In this document: positions 24,416 through 33,027 of the stretch, piece by piece
How positions within the stretch are numbered: position 1 is the stretch's first letter
How the letters are laid out: every line of letters starts with the position of its first letter
Origin: an uncultured delta proteobacterium
Lineage (GTDB): Bacteria; Desulfobacterota; Zymogenia; Zymogenales; Zymogenaceae
Direction: 5' to 3'
DNA: 64,000 nucleotides
NCBI GenBank assembly: GCA_963792965.1
Contig: CAWBYW010000009.1
Span: forward strand, 1 to 64,000
Made by a program: the position numbers and the translations under genes
Notes under the pieces: generated by a model
What the model saw: only the letters and a program-made list of their open reading frames with translations
What the model was told of the DNA's origin: nothing
Database searches by the model: none

Positions 24416-25051
24416 TCAGCCCGGGGTCGTTCCGCGGGCCGTTTTGCCGCGACTCACATATATCCTTTTTACCGCCTCCCATGATCCGTATATCGCGACG
24501 GCAGACAATACGCCGACCAGAGCCCCCGCCGCGACGTCCAGGGGAAAGTGGACGCCGAGGTATATCCGGGAGAGCCCCACGCCACAGGCAAGCGCAAAAA
24601 TCAGCGGGGTAAACCATCCCCGCCAGTAGCAGGTCAGGGCCGTGGCCGCGCCGAAGGCGGTCTGTGTGTGGCCCGAGGGAAACGAGCTGTGCTTCCACCG
24701 CTCAAAGACGGTGTGCACCCAGACGGACCCCGAGGCGATCTGATCGGAATAGAATAGCAGGGGCCGCGGCCTCGCGACAAGCCCCTTGATAATTTCGTTT
24801 ACAAGCGCGCCTACCACGACCGCGGCGGTGATGACGAAAAATCGCTCGGCGAAGTGCTTCCGGTCGCCGAAGAAAAGCACGGGAACAAGTATCGCCGCGA
24901 GGACGAGCCCGTTGCCGAACAGCGAGAGAAACACCATGACGACGTCCGCCGTGGGCGAGCACCATCCGTTATTTATCGAGAAAAAAAGCTCCCGATCGAT
25001 CGCCATGATTCGCCCGACGATATCCACGTCTCCCCCCGAAGACCGTCTCAC
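24416..25051 (-). CDS. PAP2-family phosphatase
   Basis: KGLVARPRP, SFPSGHT and SRIYLGVHFPLDV; clear paralog of its neighbour. Confidence 0.9.
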   Translation of the reverse strand: MRRSSGGDVDIVGRIMAIDRELFFSINNGWCSPTADVVMVFLSLFGNGLVLAAILVPVLFFGDRKHFAERFFVITAAVVVGALVNEIIKGLVARPRPLLFYSDQIASGSVWVHTVFERWKHSSFPSGHTQTAFGAATALTCYWRGWFTPLIFALACGVGLSRIYLGVHFPLDVAAGALVGVLSAVAIYGSWEAVKRIYVSRGKTARGTTPG

Positions 25052-25066
25052 TGGCTCAGCTCTGCG

Positions 25067-26647
25067 TTACTCCTTCATCCCCCGATAGCCGTAGCACTTA
25101 TACAGGTAGAAGGTCCGCGCCTTATATCCTTTCGTCCTCCAGACCGTGATCACCTCCGGCCCCTCGATTCGATCGAAATAGTATCGCTCCTCGGGGCGGC
25201 TGTCATAGTGGTCGTTGATGATGTAGATGCCGTCGCGGCCGATGAGCGTTGTCAGATCCTGCCAGAAGTCGAACTGATCCGTTTTCGTTGAGAGGCAATA
25301 GACGTTCGTCGTGTCTTTCATCGCCCAGGAAATCTGAGAGGCGGGGTTGTAGTGATAGCTGAAGATGAAAGGCACCTTCCCCGTCTCCTTCTCCATCTCG
25401 GTGGACACCTCACGCACCCTTTTGGCTGCGGTGTCCCAGCCGTAAAAGTCGTTGGTGATGTCATACTTGCTCTTCTCGGGACGATAGAGCGGGTAGAAGA
25501 TCTGGATGTTCATAAAGACGATGAAAAAGAGCGGGAAGGCGATCCCGACTGCGACCAGCGTCCTGAAGGCGGAGGTGCGCTCCATCCATTTTTTGAGCCG
25601 TCCGAAGCCGAGGGCCCGTATCCACCTGAACTCCGAGAGCTTCTTATCTCCCCACTTTGCAAGATACTCACCGTAGATCCCCGCCGCTCCGATCACGAGG
25701 GGAACGTAGCCGAGGGCCGGCCAGTGGGGCTCGGCCTTGTTGGTGAAACACATCGTGATATAAAAAAAGACGAGCGTGGGCACCGAGGTCCAGAAGATGA
25801 ATTTATACCTGACGTCCTTCTTTTCCGAGAAGCCCCGCTTCCAGCTGACCCAGAGCGCCCCGAAGAGAAAGTAGAGGAGGATGGGCGTCATCGACATCTG
25901 CCCGCCGATCATCTTGCCGACGTTTCCGAGCGTGAACCCGTTGCTGTGTCGCTCGATCAGGTGAAACTTGAAGCTCGGCCACTGGTGCGCCGCGTTCCAC
26001 CAGAATACGGGCGTCATGATGATGAAGGCCAAGAGCACCGCCAGGTACGGATGCGGTGTCTTCAGATACTTCCGCGTCTCCTTGTCCGACAGCAGAAACA
26101 GGAGAGTCGTGGGCAAAAGGAGGATCGCGAAGTATTTGCTCAGGAAGGCCAGCCCGACGACAGCCCCTAACAGGTACCAGTACCACCAGCGCACGCCCTT
26201 CGTCGTCTGATAGAGGAGCAAGAGGAAGAGCGTCCAGAGCGTCGCCAGCGGCGCGTCGGGAACGGTGATGATCCCCACGATAAAATAGAGGGGAACGATA
26301 TTGGTCAGCACCGTTGCGTAGAAGGCGGCCCTGCGGCTCTTGAAGATATCGACGGTCAACAGGTAGACAAAGATCGTCGTCAGCATGAAGAGGATCACCG
26401 TGCCGATCCGGACAAAGAAGGGGTTGTCCCCCCCGATCGACGTCGTCAGGTGGATGAGGTAGGCCACCATCGCCGGGTGGTCGTAGTAGCTGAGGTCCAG
26501 GTGCTTGCTCCAGGTCCAGTAGTAGGCCTCGTTATCGCCGAGGCCCACAAAACCGATGAGTGCCAGATGATACAACAGCACAAGGACGATCACAAGGATC
26601 GAGAGATTCCGGTAGTTTTTCTCTTCCGCGGTCAGTGGGTTACTCAT
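25067..26647 (-). CDS. ArnT/GT39-family polyprenyl-sugar transferase
   Basis: NEAYYWTWSKHLDLSYYDHP, PDAP, LSKY; many TM segments. Confidence 0.85.
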   Translation of the reverse strand: MSNPLTAEEKNYRNLSILVIVLVLLYHLALIGFVGLGDNEAYYWTWSKHLDLSYYDHPAMVAYLIHLTTSIGGDNPFFVRIGTVILFMLTTIFVYLLTVDIFKSRRAAFYATVLTNIVPLYFIVGIITVPDAPLATLWTLFLLLLYQTTKGVRWWYWYLLGAVVGLAFLSKYFAILLLPTTLLFLLSDKETRKYLKTPHPYLAVLLAFIIMTPVFWWNAAHQWPSFKFHLIERHSNGFTLGNVGKMIGGQMSMTPILLYFLFGALWVSWKRGFSEKKDVRYKFIFWTSVPTLVFFYITMCFTNKAEPHWPALGYVPLVIGAAGIYGEYLAKWGDKKLSEFRWIRALGFGRLKKWMERTSAFRTLVAVGIAFPLFFIVFMNIQIFYPLYRPEKSKYDITNDFYGWDTAAKRVREVSTEMEKETGKVPFIFSYHYNPASQISWAMKDTTNVYCLSTKTDQFDFWQDLTTLIGRDGIYIINDHYDSRPEERYYFDRIEGPEVITVWRTKGYKARTFYLYKCYGYRGMKE

Positions 26648-27768
26648 TTTTTCACCTTCAGATGTTTTTTCAGGACTCCCAGTGTTGCCGTCAGGACCTC
26701 GTCGATACCGATTACGTCCATGCAGCCCGGGCTCCTGTCGCAGACTCCACGGTAACAGGGCGCGCACTCGATGGCCGTGACCACTTTCTCTCCGAGCCCG
26801 AAGAGGTCCACCTCCCGGTGGGCCGTGGGGCCGAAGATCGCGATGGTCGGGATGGAAAGGCCGACTGCCAGATGCAGCGCCAGCGTATCGCCGGTAACCA
26901 CGAGATCACAGAGCGAGAGCATTGCGGCAAACTCCGGGAGGCTCTGACTCCCTCCAATTGTGACCGCCGCGCCGCCTGACAGCGTCTCGATCTCTCTGTT
27001 TCGCTCCCTCTCGCGCTCCCCCCCCAACAGGACGACCGTGGCGCCCGCCTTCTCGTGGAGGGCCCGCGCGAGCCCGGCAAAGCCCTCCGGAGTCCACGCC
27101 TTACGCGTGAAGGCCGGGCCGGAGCCGGTGTTCAGGCCGATGAGCAACGGCCTGTCCGACAATCCCTTTTCGGCAAAGAGGCGCCGGGCATAGTCACGGT
27201 CCTTCGGGTCGAGCGTGACCGTATATTTATCCCCCCGGTAGGGAATGCCGCACATCTCATAGATGATCTCGGGATATGACTTCTTGTTCTCGTAGAACTT
27301 CAGCGGGTCATCGAGCCCGAGGCGGAGCGCGTATGCGCTCTCGGGATTGAATATCGTCAGCGAGCCCTCGGCCGATAGGGCAAACCCGAGTTTCTTTTCG
27401 GCGGGCACGAGCCCGGCAAGTCCCACCGCCCGCGGCTCCTTGTCCAGGCAGATCAAAACGTCAAAGCGTTGCGCCATGAGAGCCAGGACCGTCCCGAGGT
27501 CGAACACGAAGAGCCGGTGTATGCCGGGATTTGCAGAAAGCAGTCCCGCGGCGACCGGGTCAGTGACCCAGGTAACGTGGGGGTCTTTATAGTGCCGCAC
27601 AAGACCGGCAAGGAGCGAGGTGGTTCTCAGCACGTCGCCGATGGCGGCAAGCTTGATCACCAGGATACGCGTCCCCATCGGACGATAGTGGTCGCACCCC
27701 TCGCAGAGCCGCTTAAACCGGCACGGCTTTTCTCCGATATAATAGATGCAGTCAAGGTTAACTTTCAT
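26644..27768 (-). CDS. GT9-family glycosyltransferase (heptosyltransferase-like)
   Basis: IKLAAIGDVLRTT and VTGDTLALHLA-IFGPT; Cys-rich N-terminus. Confidence 0.88.
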   Translation of the reverse strand: MKVNLDCIYYIGEKPCRFKRLCEGCDHYRPMGTRILVIKLAAIGDVLRTTSLLAGLVRHYKDPHVTWVTDPVAAGLLSANPGIHRLFVFDLGTVLALMAQRFDVLICLDKEPRAVGLAGLVPAEKKLGFALSAEGSLTIFNPESAYALRLGLDDPLKFYENKKSYPEIIYEMCGIPYRGDKYTVTLDPKDRDYARRLFAEKGLSDRPLLIGLNTGSGPAFTRKAWTPEGFAGLARALHEKAGATVVLLGGERERERNREIETLSGGAAVTIGGSQSLPEFAAMLSLCDLVVTGDTLALHLAVGLSIPTIAIFGPTAHREVDLFGLGEKVVTAIECAPCYRGVCDRSPGCMDVIGIDEVLTATLGVLKKHLKVKK

Positions 27769-28928
27769 CGCCCAAGCATCTCCACGACTTTCAGCGCCAC
27801 CCGCCGGCTCGCCCCCGGCTCACCGATCTTCCTCCTGACATCGGCGAGGTCTTCCTTCATCCGCCGCCGGACGGCATCGTCGGTGAGAATCGTGATGACC
27901 TCGGCGGCGATCCTTTCGGGGGATGCGTCGTGCTGGATCAATTCCGGCACGACCTTCCTGCCCGAGATCAGGTTGACCATCGCGATAAAGGGCACGTCCA
28001 CCAACAGCCGCGCCAATCGGTACGTCGGCTCACTGAGCCGATAGATAACGACCATCGGCGTGCCGATCAGCGCCGTCTCGACGGTGGCGGTCCCGGAGCT
28101 GACGACGGCCGCGTCCGAGTCCTTCAGCACCTGATGAAACGCGCCCTGCCTCACCGTAATCGGGACGTCGCTCTTCTTCAGATACGGCTCGATGTCTTCG
28201 GCCGAGAGCGTCTGCGCCAGAGGGATCGTAAAGGAGACTTCGCCGATTTTTTCCTTAATGATCCGTGCCGCCCCGAGGATGGCCGGCATGTGCCGCTCGA
28301 TCTCGCTCTTTCTGCTGCCCGGAAGAAGCGCGACGGCGCGCCCCTTTTTCTTTCCGACCACAAGCCCTTTCTCCGCGTTCGTCACCACGTCCATCAGGGG
28401 ATGGCCGAGGAACTCGACATCGACTCCCGCCTCTTTATAGATATCCACCTCGAAGGGAAAGATCACCACCATCTTGTCCACGAGCCGTGCGAGGGTCTTC
28501 ACCCTGCCCCGGCGCCACGCCCATACCTGCGGGCTGATGTAGTAGCATATCGGGACGGCCGCCTTTTTTGCGGCGTCGGCTACCCGGAAGTTGAAATCCG
28601 GAAAATCGATGAGAAGGACGAGGTCCGGCCGCATCGAAGAGATCGATTCCGTGACTGTCCCGAGCGCCCGCCGTATGGTCGAAAGGTGTCTGATGACCTC
28701 AAAGAGCCCGACCACCGTGATGTCTTCCGACCTGACCAGGGCGGCAAGGCCCGCCTCCCTCATCCGACTTCCCCCGACCCCGAAGAAGTTGACGTCGGGG
28801 CGAATCGCCTTTACCTCTCTGATCAGCTCCCCGCCGTAGAGATCGCCGGAGGCCTCCCCCGCGACGATCAGGACCTTCTTGCCCGTCGACGAAGGCGCCA
28901 CTATGTCGTTATTTTTTCGCTCGATCAT
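27765..28928 (-). CDS. lpxB: Lipid-A-disaccharide synthase
   Basis: AGEASGD, IDFPDFN, SPQVWAWR, LLPGSR and SGTATVE. Confidence 0.96.
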   Translation of the reverse strand: MIERKNNDIVAPSSTGKKVLIVAGEASGDLYGGELIREVKAIRPDVNFFGVGGSRMREAGLAALVRSEDITVVGLFEVIRHLSTIRRALGTVTESISSMRPDLVLLIDFPDFNFRVADAAKKAAVPICYYISPQVWAWRRGRVKTLARLVDKMVVIFPFEVDIYKEAGVDVEFLGHPLMDVVTNAEKGLVVGKKKGRAVALLPGSRKSEIERHMPAILGAARIIKEKIGEVSFTIPLAQTLSAEDIEPYLKKSDVPITVRQGAFHQVLKDSDAAVVSSGTATVETALIGTPMVVIYRLSEPTYRLARLLVDVPFIAMVNLISGRKVVPELIQHDASPERIAAEVITILTDDAVRRRMKEDLADVRRKIGEPGASRRVALKVVEMLGR

Positions 28929-29907
28929 TATCCAGGATACCCTTTTCCCTCAACCGCGCAAGCGACTCCTCGAGCCGTTCTCTGATCATCATCGCAACCT
29001 CGAGGGCGCGCTTGCCGTCTTGCCCGGTTACGGGAGGGGTCTTTCTGGTGCGGACGGAGTCGATGAAGGATCTGATCTCGTCGTCGAGGTAATCGGAGTG
29101 TGAGATGTTCATGTCCTGTCTGACGATGGAAAAGTTGTCATTGCCGTCGCTGACCCGCTTGTAGACGGTGATCTCCTGCGCCGCGTAATCGATGGATATA
29201 TAGGCGTCGGACTGAAAGATCCTGATCTTGCGCATCTTCTCCGCGCTCACCCGGCTGGCGGTAACGTTGGCCACGCAGCCGCTCTCGAAATTCAGCCGGG
29301 CGTTGACGATATCGACCTGAGACGTGATGATCGGCACCCCCACCGCGTCGATATGGCTTATAGGAGACTTGACGATGTTGAGGATAATGTCGATATCGTG
29401 GATCATCAGATCGAGGATCACGTCGATATCGACGGATCGCTCCGGAAAGGGGGAAAGCCGGTGCGATTCGATGAACATCGGCTCCTTGAGGGTCCCTTGG
29501 AGCGCGAGGACGGCGGGGTTGAAGCGCTCCAGGTGCCCCACCTGAAGGATCAATCCCTTCGACTCGGCGGCCTTGACCAGCTCCTCGGCCTCCCGAATGC
29601 GTGCCGTGATCGGCTTTTCCACGAAGACGTCCACGCCCGCCGCCAGAAAATCCATCGCCACCGGATGGTGATGGATCGTCGGGACGACGATGCTCACCGC
29701 GTCCACCTTCCCGAGGAGATCGTGGTAATCGGAAAAGCAGTCGACCTTGAAATCATTCTTTACTTTTTTGAGAGTGCCGGCGTTCGTATCGGATACGCCG
29801 ACAAGCGTGACGCCCTCGATCCCGAGGTATTTCTCGACATGGAACGTGCCGAGGTACCCGACCCCGACGACCCCGACCCTGATCGCCTTATTATCCGTTT
29901 GTGTCAT
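28909..29907 (-). CDS. Gfo/Idh/MocA oxidoreductase (GnnA-like)
   Basis: GVGYLG, VEKP, VGHLERFNP and DLMIHDID; sits between lpxA and lpxB. Confidence 0.85.
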   Translation of the reverse strand: MTQTDNKAIRVGVVGVGYLGTFHVEKYLGIEGVTLVGVSDTNAGTLKKVKNDFKVDCFSDYHDLLGKVDAVSIVVPTIHHHPVAMDFLAAGVDVFVEKPITARIREAEELVKAAESKGLILQVGHLERFNPAVLALQGTLKEPMFIESHRLSPFPERSVDIDVILDLMIHDIDIILNIVKSPISHIDAVGVPIITSQVDIVNARLNFESGCVANVTASRVSAEKMRKIRIFQSDAYISIDYAAQEITVYKRVSDGNDNFSIVRQDMNISHSDYLDDEIRSFIDSVRTRKTPPVTGQDGKRALEVAMMIRERLEESLARLREKGILDNDRAKK

Positions 29908-29974
29908 ATGTTTAAGAAGTCCTTAGAGGGAACTCTCGCCTGTGTGTATAGCACGACAGACACGGCCCACCGTG

Positions 29975-30759
29975 TCAGCGCGTGATCCCCCGCTCAGACC
30001 GACGGATAAAATCGATGAGGTATGTCACCTCACTGACCCCGCCTAATTCCTCCTGCACCTCCCTGAGCGCGTCCTTGAGCAGCTTCTTTGATCTCCAGAT
30101 AATCCGGTACGCCCTTTTGAGGGCGTCAATCGTTTCCGGAGTAAACCCTCGCCGCTCAAGCCCAATGGTGTTGAGGCCGATAAGCCCGGCGCGGGGGCTA
30201 TTGCTGTGCACTGCCTTCATGAAGGGCGCAATATCCATGGGGACCATGGTGCCGCCGCCGATAAAGGCATGCTTGCCGATCTTCACGAACTGGTGAACCG
30301 CCACCAGCCCGCCCAAGCTCACGAAATCCTCGATGGTCACATGGCCCGCAAGCGTCGCAACGTTGGCCATCACGATATTGTTGCCGAGGTGACAGTCGTG
30401 CGCGACGTGCGCATACGCCATCAGAAAATTCCGGTCGCCGAGTGTCGTGACTCCGCCCCCCCCGGCGTGCCGGCGTTGATCGTGACGAACTCACGGAAAA
30501 CGTTGCCCTTCCCAATGACAAGCTTTCCCCCGCCCTCCGTATCCTTGAGGTCCTGGGACTTGGACCCGATGGACGCCTGACTATAGACCACGCAATCGTC
30601 TCCGAGGATCGTGTCTCCGTCGATGATTGCGTGAGGTCCCACCACGGCGTTGCTACCGAGGTGGACCTTCTCCCCGATGATTGCGTAGGGGCCGATTTGA
30701 ACGCCGTCCCCGATCTCGGCGCCCGCCGCCACGACGGCGGTTTGATGGATCTTCTTCAT
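29975..30759 (-). CDS. lpxA: UDP-N-acetylglucosamine O-acyltransferase, frameshifted ~30420-30470
   Basis: Hexapeptide repeats, REFVTIN, MAYAHVAHDC, LAGHV, VHQF and GLNTIGLERRGF. Confidence 0.92.
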
Positions 30760-31190
30760 GGCTCCGCACACATAATAGTGAAAGATGCCTGAACGTACTG
30801 CTCGGTTTCATCTTTAACAAAACCGGAAAACCGAAGCATCGGTTCCTCCCTCGATTTGAGGGTCACCGATATCGTCAGCCCCCGTGGGGGGACAATTGGA
30901 CTCAGGAAACGCGCATTATCGACCTTGACAAGCCTGATGTCCCTGGTGCCTTTCTCTCGGTCCTCCAACATGAGGAAAAGCCGGGCCGCCTGGAACATCA
31001 TCTCGATCTCGAACACCCCGGGTGTTACCGGATGGCCGGGGAAGTGCCCCGCGAAATAGGGCTCGTCTCCCCGGATCTCCTTTGTGCAGACTATCCCCTG
31101 CCCCTCCTGATAGGAGATTACCTCATCGATGAACCGGTACGGCTTTTGATGGGGAAGGGAAGATGTCGCGTTATCGGGTCTTATCGCCAC
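30756..31190 (-). CDS. fabZ: 3-hydroxyacyl-ACP dehydratase, divergent
   Basis: LPH, EPYFAGHFPGHPVTPGV-E; position between lpxD and lpxA. Confidence 0.75.
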   Translation of the reverse strand: MAIRPDNATSSLPHQKPYRFIDEVISYQEGQGIVCTKEIRGDEPYFAGHFPGHPVTPGVFEIEMMFQAARLFLMLEDREKGTRDIRLVKVDNARFLSPIVPPRGLTISVTLKSREEPMLRFSGFVKDETEQYVQASFTIMCAEP

Positions 31191-32220
31191 CTTCTCTCTT
31201 CTCCTTCTCCAGTTCGTCTATCCTTTTCCTGAGCGCGTCGATCTCCTTTTTCAACTCCGGCAGTTTTCCCACGAGGGGCATCGCACGAAGCCATTTCCTG
31301 TGGGGCAACATGGGGTAGCCCGACATCACCTCGCCGGGCGCGATGTCCTTGTAGACCCCGGTCTTGGCCGTCGCGATGGCCCCGTCGCCTATGGTGATAT
31401 GCCCCACGAGCCCCGCCTGTCCGGCGAGGATGACATTCTTGCCGATATGGGTGCTGCCCGAGATCCCTACCTGTGCCACCAGGATGCTGTCCTGTTCCAC
31501 GACCACGTTATGACCGATCTGGACGAGGTTATCCATCTTTACGCCCCGACAGATCCTGGTCACCCCGAGTGCCGCCCGATCGATCGAGCAGTTCGAGCCG
31601 ATTTCCACGTCGTCCTCGATGACCACGATCCCGATCTGAGGGATCTTCACCTGTTTTGGCCCCTCGTGCGCAAACCCGAAGCCGTCGGCCCCGATGACAG
31701 TCCCCCCGTGTATGATGACGCGATCCTGGATGACGCACCGATCCATCACCACGACGTTGGGAAACAGCACGCTCCCCTCCCCGACCTGGGCCCCGTCTCC
31801 GAGATAGACGCCCGGATACAGGACGGCCCGCTTCTTGATCCGGGCGCCCCTGCCGACATACGCAAAGGGATAGACGGCGCACTCTTCGTCGATCACCGCC
31901 TCCGGGTGAACAAAGGCCTGGGGAGAGACCCCGAAGTACGACCGCGAGAACTCGGCAAAAAGGGTGATGATCCTGGCGAAGGCGAGGTACGGGTTTTCGA
32001 TCTTTATAAGCGCCTTGCCCGGAAGCTCGATATCGGGGGAGACGATAACGGCCGAGGCCCTCGTCGTGGCAAGGAACTTCATGTATTTGGGGTTGGAGAA
32101 AAACGTGATCTCCCCGGGTCCTGCCTCCTCGATCGGCCCGACACCGCAGATCACGATGCCCTCATCCCCCACCACCGCGCCGCCTACGAAGGCCGCCAGC
32201 TCTCCAAGCGTCTTTTCCAT
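31171..32220 (-). CDS. lpxD: UDP-3-O-acylglucosamine N-acyltransferase
   Basis: IGADGFGF, KIPQIG, IDRAALG and KMDNLVQIGHNV. Confidence 0.96.
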   Translation of the reverse strand: MEKTLGELAAFVGGAVVGDEGIVICGVGPIEEAGPGEITFFSNPKYMKFLATTRASAVIVSPDIELPGKALIKIENPYLAFARIITLFAEFSRSYFGVSPQAFVHPEAVIDEECAVYPFAYVGRGARIKKRAVLYPGVYLGDGAQVGEGSVLFPNVVVMDRCVIQDRVIIHGGTVIGADGFGFAHEGPKQVKIPQIGIVVIEDDVEIGSNCSIDRAALGVTRICRGVKMDNLVQIGHNVVVEQDSILVAQVGISGSTHIGKNVILAGQAGLVGHITIGDGAIATAKTGVYKDIAPGEVMSGYPMLPHRKWLRAMPLVGKLPELKKEIDALRKRIDELEKEKREGGDKTR

Positions 32221-32430
32221 TTCGACCGTCAGCCCCTCATAACGGAGTTGTCGTCCTGGGTATCCTACCCCTCGTGAGGGTAGTACGAATCCTTTCTCAG
32301 ATTAATCTGACCATTCCCGTGGCCTATACCGGCCACCCCATGCTGCGCCCGACTGCCACATATCCTCTCGGGCCCCCCTGGGTGCGCGGCGCCGTGTAAT
32401 AAGCCGCGGCCCCTTTCGGAATCGGTCCGC

Positions 32431-32952
32431 CTACTTCTTGTTCAGTTCCTCGATTACGGTATCGGTAACGTCGATGTCCGGCGCGCTATAGAGGACACCG
32501 GAATCGGTCCGCTCCAATATCAGCAGATATCCCTGTTGGGTGCCGATCTTTTCGACGACATCTTTCATGACGGCCAGCATCGTCCGGGCGAGCTCGGTGT
32601 TCTTTGCGCTCAGGGTGTATTGATAATTCTCGTACTTTCTCTGATACTCAAGGAACTTATCCTGATAGGTACTCTCCTTCTTGGCCAGGACGTCCGCCGG
32701 GAGGGTCATGGCCTTTGATTCGATCTCTTCCTTCAGCTTGACCAATTCGTCCTGACTCTTCTCCAGGTCTTTCTTGGCCGATGAGAGCTTTGAGGTTATC
32801 TCCGCGGTTGCCTTCTTCCCCTGTTTTGAGAGATCGATGATCTTGGCCATGTCAACGATCCCTATCTTGACCTCTTGTGCGCGTGCCTGCCCCGTCCCCG
32901 TGACAAGAGCCGCCAGAAAGAGGACGACCACTATAACCATTGCTCGTTTCAT
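32431..32952 (-). CDS. skp: OmpH/Skp periplasmic chaperone
   Basis: Signal peptide, KIGIVD, coiled coil and DVTDTVIEELN; downstream of bamA. Confidence 0.88.
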   Translation of the reverse strand: MKRAMVIVVVLFLAALVTGTGQARAQEVKIGIVDMAKIIDLSKQGKKATAEITSKLSSAKKDLEKSQDELVKLKEEIESKAMTLPADVLAKKESTYQDKFLEYQRKYENYQYTLSAKNTELARTMLAVMKDVVEKIGTQQGYLLILERTDSGVLYSAPDIDVTDTVIEELNKK

Positions 32953-33027
32953 CGCGCCCCCCATGCCTTCACACGTAAAAAGGGGGAGAAGCGGACGCTC
33001 CTCCCCCCAGCACGTCCATTCGTGAAT

